Part shown: piece after piece, positions 55,412-64,000 of the stretch
How the letters are laid out: every line of letters starts with the position of its first letter
How positions within the stretch are numbered: the first letter of the stretch is position 1
DNA from: an uncultured virus (IMG/VR IMGVR_UViG_3300025141_000001)
Taxonomy: Duplodnaviria > Heunggongvirae > Uroviricota > Caudoviricetes
Reading direction: 5' to 3' (one strand)
IMG/VR virus record: IMGVR_UViG_3300025141_000001
Length of the DNA stretch: 64,000 nt
The notes under the pieces: generated by a model
Told to the model about the DNA's origin: nothing
The model's database searches: none
What the model saw: only the letters and a program-made list of their open reading frames with translations
Program-made: the position numbers and the translations under genes

Positions 55412-56842
55412 CTAAATCCATGATTTAAGTTCTTCACCCATAATCTGTGAAGCAATATTAATCTTGTTTTTAAGGGCTCGCACTATTTTTTGATCTACGG
55501 TTTTATCGGCAATAATGTCAACGTAGGTAACAGACTTCTTTTGCCCAATTCGGTGGGCTCTATCTTCGGACTGTAATCTTTTTTCTAAGTCATATCCATT
55601 AGAATAGTAAATTACCGTATTGGCCGCAGTCAGGGTTATTCCATATCCGCCGGTTTGTGGAGTTCCTACGAAAAATCGTACTTTATCATTTTTCTGAAAA
55701 TCGTCTTTATTCTTTTGTCGTTGATCCTGAGGCGTGAGCCCATAATAATCAACCACGGACCCCGGACCATATTCTTTAATAATGGCATCTTTAATAATCT
55801 GAACGTCTCTTTGCCAATGGGCCCATATAATCGCTTTTCCTTCAACTTCTTCTAATACATCCATTAATTCATTTAAACGATTGTGTTTAATTTCCTGAAT
55901 TTCAGCATCATCCCCTTTAAAGTGACCACAAGTAATTTGTTGCAAACGCATTAATTGCGTAAGAGCTGTAGCTGTTGTCATTTTTTCTCCATTCATCTCT
56001 GCTAAAGCCTGTTCTTTCATTTGTTTGTAAATCTTTTCTTGTTCCGGTGTTAAAGTAATCATTCTTTTCATATAAATTTTAGGAGGTAAATCTAAACAAT
56101 CTTCTTTTAAGACTCTATAAGAGAAAGGTTTAAGTTTCTCTGATAATTCTCCAAGATTTTTATAGAAGGCTACTACTTGAACTGAACGGCCACCAAAGTT
56201 CATGGTTTTCATTTCAGCATATCTATTTCTAAAAGAATAAAACGATTCACTGTCTAAATGCCAAGGGCTTAAAAATTCACACTGACTATATAAATCTAAA
56301 GGATTTCTCGTGACAGGAGAACCCGTTAAGATCCTACGATACTTAGTATATTTAGAGAGCTTAACAATATTCTTTGTTCGTTTAGCTTTAGGATTTTTAA
56401 TCGTCGTACTTTCATCCACCACCATTAAAGTTTTATGAGATGATATAAACTTATAAGCAAACTTTACTCCTTTAACTGTGCTTAAAGCTTCAACATTCAT
56501 TACTAATATATGCAGCTGATGACCCGTAGCAAATAAAGTATCTAATTTATCTTGCTGTTTTTGATTAATGTGGGCTTGCCACAATACCGACACATTCTCT
56601 ATATGAGTAGGTAAGTGTGCAGGAAGTTCCTGTTGAAACCAAGTATTAACAACTCCTTTCGGAGCTATAATTAAAGCCCCATCAATTTTTCCATGATCAT
56701 AAAGCATGGCCATATTATCGATAAGGACTTTAGTTTTACCTGTTCCCATCTCCATGAAATAAGCATAGGTTTCCCTGTTCCAAGACATTTCTAATGCCTT
56801 GAGCTGATGCTCATACGGATCAGTTTTAAATTTATATTTCAT
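55412..56842 (-). CDS. SNF2-family (SF2) helicase
   Basis: MEMGTGKT, VVDES, LTGSP, GYGITLT, QSEDRAHRIGQ. Confidence 0.9.
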   Translation of the reverse strand: MKYKFKTDPYEHQLKALEMSWNRETYAYFMEMGTGKTKVLIDNMAMLYDHGKIDGALIIAPKGVVNTWFQQELPAHLPTHIENVSVLWQAHINQKQQDKLDTLFATGHQLHILVMNVEALSTVKGVKFAYKFISSHKTLMVVDESTTIKNPKAKRTKNIVKLSKYTKYRRILTGSPVTRNPLDLYSQCEFLSPWHLDSESFYSFRNRYAEMKTMNFGGRSVQVVAFYKNLGELSEKLKPFSYRVLKEDCLDLPPKIYMKRMITLTPEQEKIYKQMKEQALAEMNGEKMTTATALTQLMRLQQITCGHFKGDDAEIQEIKHNRLNELMDVLEEVEGKAIIWAHWQRDVQIIKDAIIKEYGPGSVVDYYGLTPQDQRQKNKDDFQKNDKVRFFVGTPQTGGYGITLTAANTVIYYSNGYDLEKRLQSEDRAHRIGQKKSVTYVDIIADKTVDQKIVRALKNKINIASQIMGEELKSWI

Positions 56843-56849
56843 CTTTCTA

Positions 56850-56885
56850 TTGACTTAGTATATAGGATCTATTATATATGTCAAG
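56850..56885. promoter_or_regulatory. overlapping divergent promoters
   Basis: Plus TTGACT-N17-TATATA; minus TTGACA-N16-TATACT. Confidence 0.55.
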
Positions 56886-57249
56886 CATGAAAGAAGAAAA
56901 ATCAATAGTTTATGTAATTCAAGAAATTCCAGGAACCAGTGAAGGACGTCCTAAAATTAACATTATGGGCGCAAGAGAATTTGGGGAGTTTAAATTTTTA
57001 CTTCCTGAACTTTCTCAGATTATTTTTTCTCCGGGTCCCTTAATTTTTAAATTAAGGGATCTTTTAAAAAATTATACCATCAAAGATTATTTATTATTAA
57101 CAGGTGATCCAGCTATTATAGGAGTTGCGTGTTCAATAGTATCTGATATAACTAATGGTAAATACAAACTACTTAAATGGGATAAACAAGAAAGAAAATA
57201 TTATTCCATTGATATTAACTTACATGAGAAAGGAAAAATAGATGAGTGA
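56878..57249 (+). CDS. conserved hypothetical protein
   Basis: VYVIQE...DYLLLTGDP...LLKWD. Confidence 0.65.
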   Translation: MSSMKEEKSIVYVIQEIPGTSEGRPKINIMGAREFGEFKFLLPELSQIIFSPGPLIFKLRDLLKNYTIKDYLLLTGDPAIIGVACSIVSDITNGKYKLLKWDKQERKYYSIDINLHEKGKIDE

Positions 57250-57796
57250 TATTAATTTTGAAAAAGACCAAGAAGAAGTTTTAGATCGTACATCGAATAT
57301 AACTTCGTTAGCAGATCAAGTAAAAAGATTAAGAGATCTTGAAGATCAAGTTAAAGCAGATGAACAAGCTTTAAAAAATAAACAACGTGAAGTTGAAAGA
57401 ATTTCAGGTGAAATTATCCCTACACTTTTAAGTGAAATGGGGTTATCATCTCTCAAACTTGCAGATGGATCTGCAGTTGAGGTAAAACCGTATTATGCAG
57501 CTAGCATCTCGATTAAGAATAGAGAAGCAGCGTATAGTTGGCTTCGTGAGAATGGCCTAGGTGATATTATTAAAAATGATATTACCGTTTCCTTTGGACG
57601 AAACGAAGATAACAAGGCGGCACATTATGCTAACCTTGCGAAGAGTCAAGGGTTTGAGCCGACACAAAAGTTGAAGGTAGAACCCATGACTCTTAAAGCA
57701 CTCGTCCGTGAACGTATTGAGAAAGGTCTCGATATGCCCATGGATACTTTTAACGTGTTCGTAGGAAACCGAACCAAACTAACAAGGAAACAATAA
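57242..57796 (+). CDS. conserved replication-module protein
   Basis: IP..L.EMG...L.DGS...WLRENGLGDIIKN...VEPMTLKA. Confidence 0.65.
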   Translation: MSDINFEKDQEEVLDRTSNITSLADQVKRLRDLEDQVKADEQALKNKQREVERISGEIIPTLLSEMGLSSLKLADGSAVEVKPYYAASISIKNREAAYSWLRENGLGDIIKNDITVSFGRNEDNKAAHYANLAKSQGFEPTQKLKVEPMTLKALVRERIEKGLDMPMDTFNVFVGNRTKLTRKQ

Positions 57797-57798
57797 AC

Positions 57799-58572
57799 AT
57801 GAAAAGTGAAACACAAATCACGAAACGTGAACAAGCAGGAGCGTTAGCTACAAATTTATTTGAAGCTGATGCAAACCAAGGCGCTCAGAATATAACGCAG
57901 GAAGATTTAGCGTTACCATTCCTGAAAGTTTTGGGACAGCTATCTCCCGAAGTTAATAAACGGGATGCAAAATATGTTGAAGGTGCAGAACCTGGCATGA
58001 TTTTGAATACAGTGACAAACGCACTGTATGATGGCGCAAAAGGCATCCAAGTATTGCCAGTCTTTTACAAAAGACAGTACATTGAATGGCAAGACCGAGG
58101 TGAATCTAAAGGCGCACCAGTACATATCTATGAAGCTGGTGATGATATCCCAAAAAGTACAAGGGATAAACAAAACAAAGACCGCTTAGCCAATGGTAAT
58201 TATCTTGAGAACACAGCAAATCATTTTGTTGTGGTATTAGGAGATAGTCCAACAACGGCTTTGATTTCTATGAAAGCTACTCAATTAAAGATTAGCAAGA
58301 AATGGAACTCAATGATGTTGGGTACTAAAATGCCAAGAGCTAATGGAAATGGGGTCTTCACACCGCCTACATATAGCCACATTTATAAGTTAAAAACAGT
58401 CCAACAGTCCAATGATAAAGGTACTTGGTTTGGTTGGGATGTTTCTCAACTTGGTGCTGTTAAAGATAAAACAGTTTACGATATAGCTAAGAACTTTGCT
58501 GTAAGTATAAGCAAAGGAGAAGTAAAAGCTAAACACGGAACTGAAGAATCTAAAACAGACGTACCTTATTAA
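57799..58572 (+). CDS. probable single-stranded DNA-binding protein
   Basis: DLALPFLK.L..LSPE, Y.EW, MK.TQ, N.KG.W.GW; acidic-aromatic tail DVPY. Confidence 0.6.
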   Translation: MKSETQITKREQAGALATNLFEADANQGAQNITQEDLALPFLKVLGQLSPEVNKRDAKYVEGAEPGMILNTVTNALYDGAKGIQVLPVFYKRQYIEWQDRGESKGAPVHIYEAGDDIPKSTRDKQNKDRLANGNYLENTANHFVVVLGDSPTTALISMKATQLKISKKWNSMMLGTKMPRANGNGVFTPPTYSHIYKLKTVQQSNDKGTWFGWDVSQLGAVKDKTVYDIAKNFAVSISKGEVKAKHGTEESKTDVPY

Positions 58573-58593
58573 TTAATTCCTTTCTAAGGAATA

Positions 58594-58628
58594 GGGGGCG
58601 GGAGCGGGAGACTTAACCCGCCCTTTTT
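58594..58628 (+). terminator. intrinsic terminator
   Basis: GGGCGGG / CCCGCCC stem followed by TTTTT. Confidence 0.6.
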
Positions 58629-58663
58629 AATTAGATGATAGAAAAATTTAAGGAAACAAAGAA

Positions 58664-59200
58664 ATGAAAATCAAGAGAATTGAAGCAGAAATATTTATAG
58701 TGGATGTCCCAGAACACAATCAATACAAAGATCAACTATTAAAATTAATTGATGAAATGCCTAATCAGTCCTTTGAGTGGATTAGTAAATCCGACAGTGG
58801 TTTACCTAAATCCTTTAAAAGAAAATATCTAGATTTATTTTATAAGAAAGTTATTCAATCATCCAGGAATAAACTTATAAATTATTTTAAGTCAATGACT
58901 GGCAATGTTAATGGAACGGATTGGAAAATATCTAATGGTTGGTTTCAACAATATGGTAAAGATTCATATCACCAATGGCATAATCATAATGGTGCAAACT
59001 GGACTAATTCCTATTTTTTAGAATTACCGGATAGTGAATATAAAACTGAAATTAAAAATCAAGATAAAATTATAGAGTATGATGTTAAAGAGGGTCAACT
59101 TCTTTCTTTTCCTGCTCATTTATTACACCGATCCAAGCCTAATGGGGATAAAAGAAAAACCGTTATAGCCTTTAATTCAAATTTTATATTTCCATTATGA
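58664..59200 (+). CDS. putative 2OG-Fe(II) oxygenase
   Basis: WFQQY...HQWHNH...EG.L..FPA.L.HRS.PN...KTVIAFN. Confidence 0.7.
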   Translation: MKIKRIEAEIFIVDVPEHNQYKDQLLKLIDEMPNQSFEWISKSDSGLPKSFKRKYLDLFYKKVIQSSRNKLINYFKSMTGNVNGTDWKISNGWFQQYGKDSYHQWHNHNGANWTNSYFLELPDSEYKTEIKNQDKIIEYDVKEGQLLSFPAHLLHRSKPNGDKRKTVIAFNSNFIFPL

Positions 59201-60711
59201 TAGAAAAATTTAAAAAAATATTTAATGGCTTACAACGAGCGCACGGTTGCACCTACGTTGAAAAGAAAAACGCAGATGGAACCAAAGTCAAAGGACAATC
59301 GTTTGTTAAACGAGAGCCAGTTATTACTACTCTGTGGGAAAACCATTTAAAAGGAATTGAACCAAGCCTAGGTATTATTCCAATTAATGAGGATAATAAA
59401 TGTCGATGGGGGTGTATCGATGTAGATTCCTACGCAGGTTTCGATCATAAAAAATTATTAAAACAAATTCAAAATTTAAAACTTCCTCTAATAACTTTTA
59501 GATCTAAAAGTGGAGGAGCTCACATCTTTTTATTTACTACAGTTCCAGTGGATGCATCGTTAATGAGAAATAGATTAATTTCGATTGGATCAGTCTTAGG
59601 ATTTGGTAGTTCTGAAGTTTTTCCAAAACAGGTAGAATTAAAATCCAAAGATGATACAGGAAATTTTCTTAACTTACCATATTTTAATTCTAATAAAACA
59701 ACAAGATATGCCTTTTTAGAAAGCGGAGACGCTGCTACCATAGAAGGTTTTTTTGGACTCTATGAAAGAAATAAACTCACACCGGAACAACTAGAAAATT
59801 TAAAAATAGAAAGACCTCAATCAGAATTAGCAGATGGACCACCTTGTTTAGAAACCATGTCCATTGATGGTATTGGAGAAGGGGGACGAGACAATGCTTT
59901 ATTTCATTATGTGGTGTACGCTAAAAAGAAATGGCCACAAAATTGGGAAGGTAAGGTCACACTATTTAACGAAAGACATATGAACCCACCTCTCGATGAT
60001 AACTCAGTTAAAAGAATTAAATTACAACACGATAAAAAAGAATGGGGATACAAATGTAAAGACGAACCGATGTGTAGTTATTGTGATAAAGATTTATGTC
60101 GTCAAAGAAAATATGGTATAGGCGGCACAGCTCTCTTCCCATCATTAAGTGATCTTCAAAAAATTAATCTAGAAAAACCCTATTATTATGTAAATGTAGA
60201 TGGAGAAAGAGTGAAGTTAGAAGAAACAGCCTTCTTACAAGATCAACGTTTATTTCAAAGAGCAGTCATGGAACAAATTAATAAAAGACCACCACGAATT
60301 TCACCCAAAGAGTTTGGACAATATGTAGATCTCTTATATGCAGGCATAGAAATCATTGATCCTCCTAAAGGATCTTCCACATTAGAACAATTACTAGATC
60401 ATTTAGAAGAATTTTGCACGGACCGAACTGGAACAGGTGCAACCAAGGAAGACATGGAAAGAGGAAATGTTTGGAACAATGAAGGTAAACATCATTTTAT
60501 TTTTAGAGAATTTTATAATAAGTTCTTGCTGCGTAGAAAATGGAAAGAACCTTATGACATTACGATGCAACTTCTGGTGGATAAATGTAAATGTAAAATT
60601 AAAAGAGAAAATATTGGAAAGAAAAGACCTAACATTATGGTCGTCGAAGAATTTGAAAAACAAGAAGATACTTATAAAAAGAAACAATTTAAACCGAAGG
60701 ACCCTTTTTAA
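59197..60711 (+). CDS. DNA primase (AEP / prim-pol type)
   Basis: WGCIDVD, RSKSGGAH, GNFLNLPY, PPCL, EGGRDNALF. Confidence 0.75.
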   Translation: MIEKFKKIFNGLQRAHGCTYVEKKNADGTKVKGQSFVKREPVITTLWENHLKGIEPSLGIIPINEDNKCRWGCIDVDSYAGFDHKKLLKQIQNLKLPLITFRSKSGGAHIFLFTTVPVDASLMRNRLISIGSVLGFGSSEVFPKQVELKSKDDTGNFLNLPYFNSNKTTRYAFLESGDAATIEGFFGLYERNKLTPEQLENLKIERPQSELADGPPCLETMSIDGIGEGGRDNALFHYVVYAKKKWPQNWEGKVTLFNERHMNPPLDDNSVKRIKLQHDKKEWGYKCKDEPMCSYCDKDLCRQRKYGIGGTALFPSLSDLQKINLEKPYYYVNVDGERVKLEETAFLQDQRLFQRAVMEQINKRPPRISPKEFGQYVDLLYAGIEIIDPPKGSSTLEQLLDHLEEFCTDRTGTGATKEDMERGNVWNNEGKHHFIFREFYNKFLLRRKWKEPYDITMQLLVDKCKCKIKRENIGKKRPNIMVVEEFEKQEDTYKKKQFKPKDPF

Positions 60712-61244
60712 TGCGTGGAGAACAATTAAGTTTATTTGAACAACCCATGGTGAGTAGAAAATTAGATAATCATCTTCTTAAACCCATAAAATTAGAAACT
60801 ATTATGCCTGAAATTGTACCTGATAAACATGTTCTTTATCCTACGGGAGGGTGGCATTTTTTTCATAAGCAGGTTGAAAAAAATTCTATGTACGCTAAAC
60901 CTATTTGGCCTTACATAACTGTTCAAAATGGGGACAAAATAAAAATATCTTCCACTTACTTTTCTGATGCAACTAATTACATGATGGTAAGTCTTAAAGA
61001 TAAAAATCATCCTCAAACATGTCCTAAAATGATGCATGTTATTGTAGCTAAAGCTTACATATGGAATGCCGATCCCAAAAAATATTATCAAGTATCTCAT
61101 AAAGGGGATGATAAATGTAATTACTTACCTGATAATTTAGAATGGACAACCGGAAGTGGTAATCACACCGGAAAAAAGAATAAGAGATTTTCTAACAAAG
61201 AACAAGATTACAAATTTGCCAAGGCACGAGGTTTTATAAAATGA
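60711..61244 (+). CDS. HNH endonuclease-like protein
   Basis: MHVIVAKAYI.N......V.H..DDK.N....NLEWTT. Confidence 0.65.
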   Translation: MRGEQLSLFEQPMVSRKLDNHLLKPIKLETIMPEIVPDKHVLYPTGGWHFFHKQVEKNSMYAKPIWPYITVQNGDKIKISSTYFSDATNYMMVSLKDKNHPQTCPKMMHVIVAKAYIWNADPKKYYQVSHKGDDKCNYLPDNLEWTTGSGNHTGKKNKRFSNKEQDYKFAKARGFIK

Positions 61245-62731
61245 AGACAATTGTATTGGGACCGCCAGGCACAGGTAAGACTCATACTTTATTAAATGAA
61301 GTAGACAACTGTTTAAAACAAACCGATCCTAATAAGATCGGTTATTTTGCTTTTACGCAGAAGGCTGCATACGAAGCTCGTGATAGAGCGATGGAAAAAT
61401 TTAATTTAACCGAAGATGATCTTCCTAATTTTAGAACTCTCCATTCTTTAGCGTTTAGAAGATTAGGAATTAAAAAAGAAAACGTAATGCAAACTAAACA
61501 TTATGCCGATCTCGGAAAGAAAATAAATATTAGAGTAGATTATAATGAGTATGATGATGAGTTCACAGGAATCTTTACAACCAAAAGTGATTACTTACGC
61601 ATCATTCAATTAGCTAAACTCAGAAACATTACACCCGAACAACAATATAATTTACAAGAACATACTCAAGACATATCGGTAAAAAATTTAAGAATATTTG
61701 CTAATGAATTAGAATCTTACAAAAAACAATATGGACTCATTGACTTTAATGACATGATTACTCAATTTATTAAATCAGATACTTGTCCTAAACTGGATAC
61801 AGTTTTTATTGATGAAGCCCAGGATTTATCCCGCATGCAATGGAACATGGCAGCTGTCTTAATGAGCAACTCAAATGATTCTTTTATCGCCGGTGATGAT
61901 GACCAGGCTATCTTTAGATGGGCGGGAGCTGATGTTGATAGTTTCATTACACAAAAAGGAAAATTTTTAAACCTAACTCAATCCTACCGCGTACCTAGAG
62001 TGGTTCATGATGTAGCCATGGGAATTGTAGGAAGAATTTCAAATCGGTTACGAAAAGAATGGGAACCTAAAACACATTTAGGAATGTTATCTTATTACCA
62101 CGAATTTCACGATGTAGATTTAAGTAAAGGAGAATGGTTAGTATTAGCTCGAACAAAGTATATGTTGAAAGATTTAGAGGATGAACTTTATAAGAAAGGA
62201 TTCTATTACAAAAATAAATTTAAAAAAGGATATGAATCTGATTTATATAATGCCATTACTAATTGGGAAAACTTCAGAAAAAACAAAGAGTTAGACGCAG
62301 AACAAATAAAAGAAATAGCCAGCTATATGTCTCCTAAACATTATATGAGAGAAAGTTTACAGTACATGGATAAAGATAAATTTTATACCATTGACGACTG
62401 TCATAAGAGTCATGGTTTAATGACCAAAGCTGTCTGGTATGAAGCCATGGATCAAGCGCCAGCTAAAAGTGTAAACTATATTAGAAAGATGAGAGAAAAT
62501 GGAGAAGCGTTAAATAAATCGCCACGTATTTTATTATCAACCATTCATGGTGTCAAGGGGGGAGAAGCCGATAATGTTGTCCTTCTTACTGATTTAAGTT
62601 TAAACACACAGAAAGGCTATGACAGAAATCCAGATGATGAAAATAGATTATTCTATGTGGGTGCCACACGTGCCAAGAATCATCTCCATATTATTAGACC
62701 CAAAGATATTTATAAAAGTTTTAAATTATGA
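61241..62731 (+). CDS. UvrD/Rep-family (SF1) helicase
   Basis: GPPGTGKT, IDEAQD, AGDDDQAI, STIHGVKGGE, YVGATRA. Confidence 0.9.
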   Translation: MKTIVLGPPGTGKTHTLLNEVDNCLKQTDPNKIGYFAFTQKAAYEARDRAMEKFNLTEDDLPNFRTLHSLAFRRLGIKKENVMQTKHYADLGKKINIRVDYNEYDDEFTGIFTTKSDYLRIIQLAKLRNITPEQQYNLQEHTQDISVKNLRIFANELESYKKQYGLIDFNDMITQFIKSDTCPKLDTVFIDEAQDLSRMQWNMAAVLMSNSNDSFIAGDDDQAIFRWAGADVDSFITQKGKFLNLTQSYRVPRVVHDVAMGIVGRISNRLRKEWEPKTHLGMLSYYHEFHDVDLSKGEWLVLARTKYMLKDLEDELYKKGFYYKNKFKKGYESDLYNAITNWENFRKNKELDAEQIKEIASYMSPKHYMRESLQYMDKDKFYTIDDCHKSHGLMTKAVWYEAMDQAPAKSVNYIRKMRENGEALNKSPRILLSTIHGVKGGEADNVVLLTDLSLNTQKGYDRNPDDENRLFYVGATRAKNHLHIIRPKDIYKSFKL

Positions 62732-62982
62732 GTGCATATAAAAAACAAATTGGCGGATCCCATTACAAGAGCATGAAAATTCAGCCAAGCAAATTTATTA
62801 ATGACAATAAATTGCTTTTCGCCGAAGGAAATGCTATAAAATATATCTGCAGACATGCACATAAAGGAGGAAGGGAAGATTTGAACAAAGCTATACATTA
62901 TATTGAAATGATTATTGAAAGAGACTACTCGCAAGAAAATCCCATGGAAAAAAAGAACTATTGGGGGATCTTAAAAAAATAA
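62728..62982 (+). CDS. DUF3310 protein (T7 gp1.7-like nucleotide kinase family)
   Basis: QIGGSHY...IQP...GNAIKY.CR...KGG.EDL.KA.HY. Confidence 0.75.
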   Translation: MSAYKKQIGGSHYKSMKIQPSKFINDNKLLFAEGNAIKYICRHAHKGGREDLNKAIHYIEMIIERDYSQENPMEKKNYWGILKK

Positions 62983-64000
62983 TGCAGATCCCATTGTTCA
63001 AACCTCAGACTGAATGGCTACCACCTGAAGAGTTTCCGGACTTAAAGGGAGAAAGCGAAATAGCAATAGACTTAGAAACACAAGATCCTAATTTAAATAA
63101 GAGTATGGGATCTGGAGCTGTCGTTAAAGTAGGACAGATTGTAGGAATTTCCCTGGCTACTAAGACCTGGTCAGGATATTATCCCATTGCTCATGAAGGC
63201 GGAGGGAATATGGATAAAGCCATGGTCTCTAAATGGCTCCAAGATGTTTTAAATACTTCTGCTGATAAGATATTTCATAATGCCATGTACGATGTCTGTT
63301 GGTTAAGATCCTCAGGCTTTACGATTCAAGGAAGAATTATTGATACGATGATTGCTTCAGCCATTGTTGATGAAAATCAATTGCGTTATGATTTAAATAA
63401 TTGTTCTAGACGATATTTGAATGAAGCCAAAGATGAAGCCGCTCTCTATGCTGCGGCTAAAGAATGGGGCGTCGATGCTAAAGCAGAAATGTATAAACTT
63501 CCAGCGATGTATGTAGGAGCTTACGCAGAGAAAGATGCAGAGCTCACGTATAAGTTGTGGCAAGAATTAAAAAAAGAAATTAATCATCAAGACATTACAG
63601 AAATTTGGAAAATGGAAACGGAATTATTTCCTTGTCTCGTTGAAATGAGGTTTCTCGGTGTACGCGTAAATCAAGAACAAGCAGAGATCGAAAAGAAAAC
63701 GTTAATGGAACATGAGAAGAAGTTACTCACAGAGGTGAAGAACGAAACAGGAATAGATGTACAGATTTGGGCAGCGCGATCTATTGCTCAAGTCTTTGAT
63801 AAACTTAAATTAGTTTATGATCGAACGGAAAAAACTCAAGCTCCCTCCTTTACTAAGAATTTCCTAACTCATCACCCTAATCCTGTTGTGAAAAAGATTG
63901 CTAAAGCGAGAGAAATTAATAAAGCTCACACTACCTTCATTGATACGATATTAAAACACACGCACAATGGTCGGATCTTCGCGGAGATTAATCAGTTGAG
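62982..64000 (+). CDS. polA: DNA polymerase family A (3'-truncated)
   Basis: Manual translation: IAIDLET (ExoI), FHNAMYD (ExoII), DTMIA, YAEKDA (ExoII/III region), KAREINKAHTTF. Confidence 0.85.
   Translation, partial: MQIPLFKPQTEWLPPEEFPDLKGESEIAIDLETQDPNLNKSMGSGAVVKVGQIVGISLATKTWSGYYPIAHEGGGNMDKAMVSKWLQDVLNTSADKIFHNAMYDVCWLRSSGFTIQGRIIDTMIASAIVDENQLRYDLNNCSRRYLNEAKDEAALYAAAKEWGVDAKAEMYKLPAMYVGAYAEKDAELTYKLWQELKKEINHQDITEIWKMETELFPCLVEMRFLGVRVNQEQAEIEKKTLMEHEKKLLTEVKNETGIDVQIWAARSIAQVFDKLKLVYDRTEKTQAPSFTKNFLTHHPNPVVKKIAKAREINKAHTTFIDTILKHTHNGRIFAEINQL

Noticed and set aside
1..64000. CRISPR array, tRNA, integrase/att site, reverse transcriptase/DGR, intron or intein
   Set aside because: No regularly spaced repeats, cloverleaf, recombinase or RT motifs, or interrupted core genes found by eye; a tRNAscan/Infernal run could still find something missed.
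1..64000. Stop-codon reassignment
   Set aside because: Core genes are full length in the standard code, and TAA, TAG and TGA are all used as stops.

Overview
About 64 kb of an AT-rich, tailed dsDNA phage genome, apparently lytic and podovirus-like; no integrase, tRNA or CRISPR was seen. Gene content and the major capsid N-terminus (MAISRQQLVKELEPGLNALFGLEY) resemble, from memory only, marine pelagiphage-type viruses (HTVC023P / vSAG 37-F6-like). Layout: small accessory genes, methyltransferase and exonuclease (1-7 kb); terminase small subunit on the minus strand; a GC-richer minus-strand early-like island with a densely folded non-coding block (8.5-11 kb); terL, two large probable internal proteins, portal, small basic proteins, GroES, scaffold and capsid (13-29 kb); neck/tail genes with two Gly/Pro-rich fibres followed by three 2OG-Fe(II) oxygenases and two glycosyltransferases (29-46.6 kb); probable ejection proteins and lysis genes (46.6-55.3 kb); replication module with SNF2 helicase, SSB, primase, HNH, UvrD and PolA (55-64 kb). 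Best leads: (1) a short xxxGGR[VI]GxxxGG peptide motif shared by seven otherwise unrelated probable virion-cargo proteins, one copy lying just before a consensus internal twin-arginine (Tat) signal, suggesting a cargo-tagging or polyprotein-processing system; (2) a probable proline hydroxylation and glycosylation system for the tail fibres; (3) a ~280-nt block of abutting minus-strand RNA structures; (4) several unexplained dispersed DNA motifs. All calls are by eye; no searches were run.
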